From: Catajapyx aquilonaris
Lineage: Eukaryota
NCBI GenBank assembly: GCA_000934665.2
Contig: JYFJ02003659.1
Span: forward strand, 1-39,117
Direction of reading: 5' to 3'
Length of the DNA stretch: 39,117 nucleotides
The notes under the pieces were generated by a model, which saw only the letters and a program-made list of their open reading frames with translations, had not been told where the DNA came from and did no database searches. The position numbers and the translations under genes were made by a program. Position 1 is the stretch's first letter, and each line of letters starts with the position of its first letter. Shown piece by piece: positions 23,472 to 33,954 of the stretch.

Positions 23472-25251
23472 ATATACGTTGTGTACGACAAAAAACATTA
23501 ATTTTGCTGAATATAACAACTGAAGTGTTGATGGTCCTTAATACTACCTGTACTAACACTGTAAGCGAGAGGATACGATGTTAGTCTTAGACACAACAGG
23601 TTGATAATATCACGTGCACACTGTTATCAACGGCGAGACACGTTTACCAATGCAGTTTTTCATTAATTCTCTACGTGTTCGAAAAAGGGGGTCATTAAAC
23701 AGACAATATTTTCATTGTACGGGCAATTTCTTTTCCTTAGTCAACGTTTGTATACACCGTGTAGTAGGCTACATAATTGTCAAAACTTACGATATTAATC
23801 TAATTTGGTATTAAAGCCAATTCATAGGGAAATTTTGAGATGTTAGTTTTGCATGTAATAAGGCAGAGTAATGTAGGTACAGTACAATGGCGAATCTCAG
23901 ATTATTTTATGACTCAATTTACTATATCGTCAACGTTCTGTGAACTATACCGTAAATGCTTACGAGATATTCAACAATATTATATTGCAGATTTATACTA
24001 TAGTTGATTAGTACAAGTATGTACACATCGTTTAGGGTTTTTTAAAACGCAGGTCACGTTCAAGCTCAGAGAAACAATTCAGGTTCCTATTCTTCAGTGA
24101 AACTGTCAAAATTAATCTAGTTATGTGGGCGGAAAGGTTGACCACGTGTCTTTGTACCAGTAATAAGCTACTAGCATTTGCGTAGCGTCTAAATTATTCC
24201 GTCACGGTTATTCCTAAAGGCAGGATTAGTCAACACAGAATTAGGTAACGCAACATTGGAAAAACTGTGTGGGATATACCAAACCATATAAAATCACCCC
24301 CTGACCCGAAATACTGCGATGGAAATGCATACCGCGTGCTCAGAACGGCGGAGAAAGAGCCACAGGTAGTGCAGCTAATGGGGGATGGGGGAAGGGGAAT
24401 TTTGCGGGCGGGAGGGAGGGAGATATAAAATGAGAAGCAACAGTTGTTGATGGAGAGACCAATAAAGGCTGGGGCACTTTTCTGCACGAAAAATTCCCTC
24501 CTAAATAGACCCCCGCCGCCTTTGCATAAATATTTTAGGCGTCATTCCTAGCTGATTTATGACGCCGATATATGCAGGGTTGAGATAAGTGACCGGTATT
24601 GGATTTCTTGGACTGTGAAGGCAGGTAGCTATATGGACAGGTGGGCGAGTCAGGCGTAGTACGTATTAACTACATTGGTAGAGTGTCGGTTAAATATTAT
24701 TCCCATATTGCGCACGGAATAGAAATGACGTCAGGGTTATTGATATCTGAATGAACATTTTTGCGACGCATATAATGCAAGGTACGTTGCAAATAATTTG
24801 AAACAGTGGCATTCTTTATTAACGTTATTTTGTAATCGCTATGTCCCTGATGAGAATATATAGTCAATACAACCATGATATTGCGAGGAAATTAGAATTT
24901 CTTATTGAAAATGTCCTTACATAATCATATATGAAGCTGTTTTTTTTCCATAGAGTTGTATTGATTGGCCAAAAATACACATCGGTAAACAGCTCAATAT
25001 CGGTGGAGGTGTACAATTGCGTTACATTCCGCCTTTCCGCTCTACAATTATTAAACATAGTTTGAACATACTTGTAAAGTTGGGAGAAATTCTTAAAATT
25101 ATTCCTATTTACCATCGGATCGTTGCATCAAAATGAAGCGGAACACTTTTAATTAAGCCCCATCCCTTCAGTCAGCACTAATTATGCCCCAGTGCATCAG
25201 TTTTAGTTCCCCATCCGAACATGAATCAATAGTCAAATTTGTGCTCACGGA

Positions 25252-25791
25252 TCAGGCTTCACCGTGCAAATCATCAATTGAAAATGAACAAGGTGACGAC
25301 CCAATCCAACCCTTGCCCTCAAAAATAACAATCACATTTTCAGGATCCCCGATTGAATCATGGCAACTATATATACGGGTGGATGCGTTCATAATCAAAA
25401 GGTGGGCTATTTTGAGCCCGGGTTTTTTTTTGCAACCTAATTTGTCACCTGTACAAAATGCCATTGATCGTTGAGCAAATGAAGCTTTCTGATGCAGAAA
25501 GCACTAAACCTGGAGGACAACTGGAAGTGTAATTACGATGTTGACAGGACGACACGCAGTTTCTCTCCGCTTCTCCCGAAAATTAAATTTGCATACTCTT
25601 CTCAGCAAATGCTGGAGGGAGGACGAAACATAATAAACAGCTTCAAGTCAATGCACTGCTCCGAATCAATCTTCCCAGATTCGTTAACCTCTATTAACGA
25701 TTTTGCCCCTACCTCCTCCTATTGTGGAAGTTCATAAAATGTTGTCAAATCGATACAATAAAATGGCAGAGCGCATGTTCGCCGGCGCCAT
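25252..25791 (-). pseudogene. Decayed dUTPase-like gene
   Basis: Across stops and frameshifts: EEYANLIFGRSG (motif 2-like), KLHLLNDQWHFVQV...PGLKIAHLL (motif 4-like), EGKGWIGSS (motif 5-like), in the correct order. Motif 3 not recognisable. Confidence 0.4.
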
Positions 25792-26167
25792 CTTTCGTGC
25801 CATTATCTCAAAAGCGGGGAACAAACTCCAAAAATCGTTATCTGCTGGCATCAAAGTGAAAATGTAAGAGGAAAACGGCTGCGTTTCATCAGGGTCCGTA
25901 TTAATTACGTCTCAATTGAATTACACGCTCCTGGGTGCTGCCTTTCCAATTAAAATCAAAGTCAAGGCTGGATACCTTCTACTCGTATTTCATGCGGGAC
26001 AAATTGCGCCTTCTCGCTGCTCATCGTACGTTATTAATAAAGAGATGAACAGAAAAAAGTTGCGCAACTAATTGCGCCAATTTTGTCAAAGGCGCTCCAG
26101 GAATGCAAGATGTGGAGCTTCATAGTATAATGTTTAATGAACTATGCGAGCATATTCTTGGTAAGAG

Positions 26168-26267
26168 CAGGGGTGTATTACCCAATAGGCCGAGTAGGCA
26201 CGTGCCTATAGGGCGGCAAATTTTAGGGAGCGGTAAAATTTGCTGCCCCCTAAAATTTGCCGCCCTA
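26168..26267. mobile_element. hAT-like MITE end with a perfect 20-bp hairpin
   Basis: CAGGGGTGTA start, TAGGCACGTGCCTA palindrome, arms TAGGGCGGCAAATTTTAGGG at 26209-26228 and 26248-26267; right TIR not found. Confidence 0.55.
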
Positions 26268-26325
26268 GACTCAAAATAATTTTGACGCGTGCGAAAATAT
26301 GTACTTTATGGCGTCACCGTTCATG

Positions 26326-26480
26326 TGCCACCCCAAGATGAATCGCCCGATGTCCGAGGCCAGTAAGGGCGAAAGTCGCGTGCTCTCTTCCCCCCTAGGA
26401 CAGTGGGGATCTGTGCAGGTTCTGCAGGCGACTTTCGCCCTTACTTGTATGGGCATCGGCCGATTCACCTTGGAGTGGCA
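26326..26480. repeat. GC-rich fold-back (MITE-like)
   Basis: TGCCACCCCAAGATGAATCG...AGTAAGGGCGAAAGTCGC pairs with GCGACTTTCGCCCTTACT...CGATTCACCTTGGAGTGGCA. Confidence 0.8.
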
Positions 26481-27442
26481 TAAAAGTTCATAAACCCCAA
26501 GATGAAATTCACTGGATTTTGCTAAGTACTAGTAGGAGTATCCATGACTAAAATTTCAAATGATTTGATATAACAATTTTTGAGATATTTGGTCTTGAAA
26601 TCCGCAATTTTCGGAATTTCCCAAATCTCGGACCTAAAAATCAGCCAGGAGTGGGGGGTAGGGGCGACCAAAACCTAAATACTGTACGTCACTGGGTAAG
26701 AGTCAGTATGCGTTGGTTGACCTGGACCATGGAAGATCTAGATCAGTCTACGATCTAGATTTTTGCGGTAGAGGAGACGAGCCAGCCTGACTGATCTCTG
26801 ATATATACTGGATTGCGGATTGCTGTGATCGATTCTTGTTTCCTCTGAGCACCATTTTGGGACACGGGATAGATTAATAGCTATATTACCAAAGACAGTT
26901 CTAACTGGGGCAATAGGAGTTCCTTTTACATGCGGCGCAGATTATGTTCCTGCTGTAGAAACAACTGGTATAGGCTACAGACCCAAACTACATTTGGTTT
27001 TTTTTGTTGTACATTTTCTAAAAGAACCGCAACCACCTATCGTTCTCTTTTTACACATATCTGCAACTGCAAGTTACGGACATACGCCATGTGTCCCAAT
27101 ATGGTCGACAAAAGCACAAGAAGCTGCCTTTTCTGCGCAATTAGACCTCAATGGCCACATAAACGTGCCATTTTACACTCCCCCCAAAGAAAATAAATTC
27201 AGAATATGTTAGCACAACATAAGCCTGTATCAGTCCCAGAGAACATGTGGAGCTGCTTCTAAAGACAGTTCTGTAATAGGAGAATGGAGAGGAATGAGGA
27301 CTAAGGAGGAATGGAACAGTTGATTTTGTCTCTCAGGCGTCAAAGCTTATTGTGTTTGTGGTATAACTAAACTGACTGTTCTCCCTGTACCCTATAATTA
27401 TGGCATTTCAGCTGCCAGCATAAAACAGGGAGGAACAAAAAC

Positions 27443-27703
27443 AATAATGGATACCCCGTGATAAGCCTCCTTGGGCTTTTTAGGGAATCATCTTTTTAAT
27501 TAACCGACGTTAATTATTGCCTTTGCTGTGATGGATTTTGATAGTGGGAGGAAACGGGAGAACCCCGAGAAAACCCACGCGAACACGGAGAGAACCCATC
27601 GAAACTCTATCCACACAAGTATCCTCTGTCCGATCCGGGGATGGAACTCGGGACCTTAGACGTGGAAGACTGCGGCGCTAATCACTCTGCCACCGTATCG
27701 CCC
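27443..27703 (-). mobile_element. tRNA-derived V-domain SINE, copy 2
   Basis: Full-length homologue of 18970-19223; perfect 15-bp TSD GGGAGGAACAAAAAC at 27428-27442 and 27704-27718. Confidence 0.93.
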
Positions 27704-27809
27704 GGGAGGAACAAAAACTAAACTCTGGTTGTTTTCATTTGATGCACTCTTATAGCACCTATTGTTCTAAGGATGTAGCTAACTGATATCTGAAGACTTG
27801 GCTGAAGAC

Positions 27810-27919
27810 CAGGGATGGAAAAAGAACCGCTTCTTTGGGAGGAAGCGGTTCTTTTTCTATCCCTGCACATGGAAAAAAGAAGCGCTTCTTGGAAGGAAGC
27901 GGTTCTTTTTCCATCCCTG
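27810..27919. mobile_element. 110-bp hAT mini-element made of two tandem TIR hairpins
   Basis: TIR CAGGGATGGAAAAAGAACCGCTTC with perfect complement at the right end; perfect 8-bp TSD CTGAAGAC at 27802-27809 and 27920-27927. Confidence 0.9.
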
Positions 27920-28136
27920 CTGAAGACCCTGATATCTTTTTAACTTGAATCCCATCACAATTGAAAGTATAGACACTTATCACGGTGAGGTTGAACAACA
28001 TTTGAAGGATGAATTAACATGTAGGTTGTTCAACGGAAAAAATATTCATGTCAGGGAAAGGATTCCCCGCATATTCCCCGTGATGTGGTGTTAGCCCCTT
28101 CTCCTTTACCGAGGCGGTCTATTCTACGAGAAAACC

Positions 28137-29455
28137 CACCATGCAGCAGTGTCCACCTCCACCTCGTAATACCCATTAGAATAGACACTCTCGCTAGGAT
28201 TGTGCCGCGGCAAAAGCCATGACGCTTGCTCCCGATAAACCAACCCAAACGTCACAGTCTTCATCCTGGCCTGTTATGCAATAGCACCATGTTAGGCGTG
28301 CGGCATAACTTGCAGTTGCAAGAAGGACGCTAAACTTGGGAAAGGAAAGCTGTGGATCATTCTGTCACAGTAATTTGCATCATGTAGCCTACTGCACCAC
28401 CAACATAATTATGCAAATCCCTTGTAAAATTGCGCTGCATCACATCGGATCCGTCTATTTCCCTATTCAAAAGAGGCAAGTATTCCCAAGCCAGTATTTG
28501 TGCCTACCCACCATAACTTGCCCAAAAGCGAGCCCATATGACTCGCCTCTTTCCCCTTACGGTGGAACTAAACAGGTCCACTGTGATGGGAGCTGTTTTA
28601 CCAGAGATCATAACATCCTGGTGATATAGTAGGTGTGCGTTTATATTTGTTTGAGCGTGATTTTCCGTAATAAATAAGCATTGATTGAAAGCTGTTGCTT
28701 ACGGATGAATAAAGAATGGTGTGAGAAGACGGGTAGAATTTAGACATTCAACGGCGGCGGAACGTATTTCTATTGGGGGGTGGACTATCTTCTAAGATAT
28801 GTAACTCATTTTTGACAAAAAGGGGGCCTTTATCGTTCTTCCCCCGAGGTCTTCATATTGAAGTGTTCAAAAAAAAAAAAAAAACACGTTACTGGCAAAA
28901 AAATGTGGTGCAAGTCACACGTGCTGTAAAGATATGGAAAGTTATCAGAGTGGCATAATAGCATAGAAAACTGTTGAGGGAAATCCGATACGTTATCGAA
29001 GGACTCGGATTCCATCCTTAACCATTCAACAGCCCCAAACTTTTTGACGAGCTCTGCATAATGCAGTTTCGGTATGAACAGAGATTATACGCCAATTCCC
29101 GGCGGGCAGGACAAAACCCACCGTGTACATGGCATCCACCTTCATAAACTAGGTCAATATACAGATTACAGGCGCAGGTTTCAGGCTGAACTTAGGCTAC
29201 ATGTGTATGATGCTTAGGTCTCAGAAGTTCAATACTGCTATAATTTATAATCTTCAACTTGAAACGAGTGCATACAAAAACGCAGCCTTTTATATTAAAG
29301 CTAACTAAATATTATCTATGTATAGCGAGTGTCGACTAACACAGCAGCATAATATGCGCCTGGCTAATATACATCAGGAGGGGGAAAATCCTGCTTGCCT
29401 CCCCAGGGCTCAAACCTAAATTTTCACCATGCAGCAGTGTCCACCTCCACCTCGT
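28137..29455 (+). repeat. 31-bp exact direct repeat pair (28137-28167 and 29425-29455)
   Basis: CACCATGCAGCAGTGTCCACCTCCACCTCGT occurs twice, 1288 bp apart. Confidence 0.9.
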
Positions 29456-29632
29456 TATAACTCGGAGCATTTTGCATCACCAGGCAGCCAGTTCATAGGT
29501 CCTATTCCCATGCCCACTTTCACTCTGTGCCACTGGCAGTTGGGTAACCACATCTCGCAAACTTCACCGGCGCCAGGATCACTGTGTGTTTGCGCTCAAC
29601 TCCCAAACTACATTCCAGAGAACGCGGCGGAG

Positions 29633-30020
29633 ATGCCAGAGGAGGGCAATGGCAGTAGAGATGGCGGCGGTGGCCACGGCCACAGCCTTAGAGAAGGCCA
29701 CCACAGAGGCAGCCGAGGCAGCAACGCTACGTCATCCAAAGGCGTTTCGCGTGCAGCCTCAATGGCCGCATCTAGGACATCACAGTCGCCAGGACCATCT
29801 CCAGCCGCCCGACTCAGCATATCGGGAGTTTCCAGGGGCCATCCACAGCTGCCTCCGGCGCCACTAACGGCATCGGGAACAGCTGATCAAAGAGGATCGC
29901 AGTGGAATGGTGCGCCCAATGCCAAAGGAAAGGTCACCAATAGGTGTCTTTGGCACGCTTGCAAGGCCGTGTCCATTGGTATCCTCCTGCTCATGATAGG
30001 GGCCATCATGTCAACTTTTG
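29633..30020 (+). CDS. TMEM200/DUF2371-family-like transmembrane protein, first coding exon (partial gene)
   Basis: Low-complexity Ser/Gly/Pro N-terminus, then KGKVTNRCLWHACKAVSIGILLLMIGAIMSTFG, matching my recollection of the arthropod TMEM200 first TM helix; phase-1 donor TTG|GTAAGT. Start is ATG 29633 (after candidate acceptor TTCCAG at 29618) or the in-frame ATG 29429. Confidence 0.75.
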
Positions 30021-32136
30021 GTAAGTAGGCCTATACTCTTTCTTGGCATGTTACCTGAACCAATGACGGTGTGATGCTATTTTGTGTGCTGTAGATAATA
30101 TAGGGCTACTCTGGTCTGCATCATAAGTAACGATGATGACGATGCGGCTTACAATTGACATCCCGGATAGCAGTATGAATTCATCAATATAAATCATGTT
30201 TATGTCCGATCTAGGCTTACTTTACCATTTATAGCGCATCCGTGCTTACAGAGGGCTCTGATTATCAATTCATCAAGGTCCACAAAAGCAGTGATACATA
30301 TTCAGAGGCAGCGATGAATGGGTTTCGCCTAGAACCTTTGCCTTTGCATCTGGTGTACAGTACACGTCACCATTTTTAAAATGGGCAGAAAAGCCCTGGA
30401 AAAATGTCAAATTAATATTTAACGCATTAGGCCCAAACACAGTATTTCTCACTGACAGGAAAGCAATATGTTCTCAAACCGGTTTACTATGTCTAGAAAC
30501 CTCGCCAGAAGTGGACTTCCGTAAACGTAAAGTAACGACATAACTCACGCACAAAGTACCACCGGTACTTATCGACTCGACCCATCCCATGCACTGGCAG
30601 TACAACTAATCTGCGACCATGATACGATATCTTACAGCACTCAATGTAAGAAGAGAACATCTCAATGTATGCCTTGGCGGAGGGTGGGGTAGGTAAAGGC
30701 TCACCTTTATACGCTTCTCACTCCTCGTCCACGAGGCATAAATGGATATAGCCCCAATGCTTTTTTATCGGGTAGTATTGTGCTATAATATTAGGGACTC
30801 AAATCAGTTGCTGGGTTAGCTATAATAGACAAAATAGAGACAGAAGTTATCGCTCGTCAGATTGGCCCAAGATACAGCCTATGGCAAATTCATTTCTATC
30901 ACATTACAGCCGCGCGACAGCTAGTAGAAAATGGTCGATGAAATTTTAAAGGGAGTTTTGTTACACGCTATACAAAGCAAGTGTCTATAGTCGTGGATCC
31001 AGTTTCCACTCTGCAAGACCAGTGCAAACAGATGTGGCTGTTTGTTCTGTGGATTTAAGCCAGAATGGGTTGGCGGACTATTTGTAGAATCAGGATTTGT
31101 AAAGGGATTAGTGTTGTCCAATCAAGAACCGCATTGTTTCCTTCCATGCAAGTGACATTTTGGTATTTTTTGGTAGAGGGTAGAATAGGTAGTCTATTCT
31201 GGTTCAGGACACACAAATTTTTGGAATAGGAGGCGTGAGATCAATTTATGCACGCCTTTCACCCACATTACACGGCGTGCTTCCTTTTATATCGCGTTAA
31301 AACACTCTCCATTTTATATAGAGTAAAATAATTCCCCTCCCCCTCCCCACTCTTTGTTCCCACCCTGATCAAAGACAGGCACCAAAAAAATTTAGGCCCC
31401 GTTTTTGTGCACCGTTAGCGTTTATATAGGCAGGTTCCGCTCAAACCGCTTCGCTACAGATGATCTTTTTTCTCTTTGATCCTCGAGCGAGAGACGAGCC
31501 TTGGAGAGCAGGGGATGGAAGGGGTGGGCAAACTGGGGAGGGGTAGACCAAGAGCCCAAAATTGAAGCTGACTCCACGTCCTTCAATATTAAGCAGATCC
31601 ATCCAAAGGCCACCATAAACCGTCATATCTCTCTTTCAACACCCTAGATATGGCGTCATATTCTGGTTCGAACTGTCTTCGTTCAAACATCATTAAACCT
31701 CCAAATTACGGGTAGTGTTTCAGGAGTCGTCATCTTCCTAATGCCTCCCCCAGAAAGCTCTTTCGAACCAGTGCAATCCTGTGGCTCGAGAGGGCCATGA
31801 TTTCTCGGCATGCAAATCTGTCAAAACGGTGTGTTTTGAGAGTGAGAATAATGGGGGAGCCTGGATGGAACAAAAGGCACCCTGAGAACAACTTGAAATT
31901 TGCACTGCAGACATAATCTCAGCCTTCCCGGTCTTATTGTCCATGGGCTTAGGAGGAGTTTCCCGGAGCTTTCCAAAGAGACGGTGACGAGGAAGGAGAG
32001 CTTTTAGGCGAAGAAACTTTCACGTCACGAACCTGCAGTGTTCTATAGCTATCTTCTGCGGGATGTGGTTTCGAAAGCTGCAACCTTGACTGTCAACACT
32101 TATCGGTTGAACCCGTCAGACTTCTCATCTAGACAT

Positions 32137-32138
<2 letters not shown>

Positions 32139-32186
<48 letters not shown>
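32139..32186. repeat. (ATT)n microsatellite
   Basis: About 16 copies read directly. Confidence 0.97.
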
Positions 32187-33823
32187 GAAGGACTGTCGTG
32201 GAGATGGCAAAACTTTTTCCGGTTTGAATCCCTGGAAACTTGTTACCCTCGATGATCCATTACTTTCTTTCAGTGGCAAAAGAGCTAAATCAAATCCAAT
32301 AAAACTTCTTCTTTCGGCTTTCCCGGAAAGCTCTTCCAAGCCCCTTTCTCGAGGTTCCGGTTCTTCAGCCTCGACATTTTGCGAACTGTTTCTAGCTCCA
32401 TCAATAACGTGTAATTGTCTTGTAATGGCTATAGCCTTGACAGTGTTTTGGTAGAGCTATTACGTACATAGTGCATTTTTGTTTTAGTAATCCGATTAAC
32501 CTCAGAAAAAAATGTTACAGCTCACAAAAGCTCACAACACTGTTCTTACATCGTTTTATGTCGCTTAAGTCAGATCAAGCGTTTGAACCCACAATCCCAC
32601 CTTTGAAATGGCATAATTAGTCATGAAGTATGAAAGCATTTCAATGACAAAGATAAGATGAATGGTTAATTATTTTCCACTTCGCATATTAACATAAACT
32701 CCTAATTACTTATGAGATATTAATATAGTGTCCAACGAATAGGGTCCACAATCCTTCACTTTCAGTAAAAAGTAAGGCATAAGCATCCATGTGGTTTTGT
32801 AAGCATTATTGATTTCGACTTTTAATCAATCTGATGCAATCCCAATCCTTCACAAACTGTAAGTTAGACAATATCAGCATTGTAACTTCAAGTTAAGCCA
32901 AAATGGTAAGTGTCTTCTTCCTCTACTAATAGTTATAGCTCACATATTTCATGTCGACCACTTTCTGGCATTCGTGTTAATATGCGTTTGAATGGCAGGG
33001 TGTCAGATCTGCTCCACTGCATCGATCAGGAAACAACACATGCAGCATCTGACGTGATATGTATGTCACGTTGGTGTTCGAAAACTCTCAAATTCAATGT
33101 ATGATACAGTGAAACAATAGGACATGTTCTCCCAAAGCGAAATACCCCTTTCCAAAAATCATTGGTTGCTCCCCAATGGAAAAGCAAGGATTTCTTTCAA
33201 ATAGCACTCCCAGTAATATTTGGGCACAGACAGGCATGAGCCGTATGAAATAATGATGAACATCCCAGCTTTCCTTCATCCTATACAGTATTTGCAGCGG
33301 GGTTAGGAGAAACGCACTCAACCATGTCCCTTGTGGCAACGCTACATTTTGAATCTGTCATTAATTATGAAGCAGAAGAGTTACCTCTGCCCATGCACGA
33401 ATGCATTAGCTGTCGCTTACGAGCCAGCTCAAGTGGTCATATCAGCTAATAGTATGATATGAATAATCGCCATTTTGCAAAGCATGGCAGTGAAATCCGA
33501 CAGTTACTTGTAGAATGCTAACACGTTCGGTACTTTTTTCTCAGTACTGCATTGCGCGCCTTGTTGCTCTGTTTCAACTTAACAGGCTCAATGGGAGGGC
33601 AGTGTGCCTTCCCACAAGCACACCTGCTACCAGAAATTGTGGTAAATAATCACAGCAAGAAGGACGGGTAGGCTACTTGCACGGCTTCCTGGGTATTAAA
33701 GTACTATACTCTTAACCAAGTTTGCAGCAGGGTTCTGCAAACAATGAGTTACCCTAAGGACGCTTTAGGTTACTCAGGTCCGGAACGGTGCAGGTTGCTC
33801 ATACAAATGGTATTCAGTCTCTG

Positions 33824-33870
33824 TAATAATACTAATACTAATGATACTAATAATCATCATCATCATCATC

Positions 33871-33951
<81 letters not shown>
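33824..33951. repeat. Compound microsatellite (AAT/ACT)-(CAT)n-(AAT)n
   Basis: Read directly; source of the poly-I/poly-N ORFs. Confidence 0.97.

Positions 33952-33954
<3 letters not shown>

Noticed and set aside
31590..31670. BTG/Tob-like motif VLKERYDGLWWP on the minus strand
   Set aside because: Too short, and the flanking BTG box residues are absent.
33769..33830. TTTAG|GTTAC as the second TMEM200-like exon (G-Y start)
   Set aside because: No polypyrimidine tract; the frame runs into a microsatellite and shows no TMEM200 similarity.
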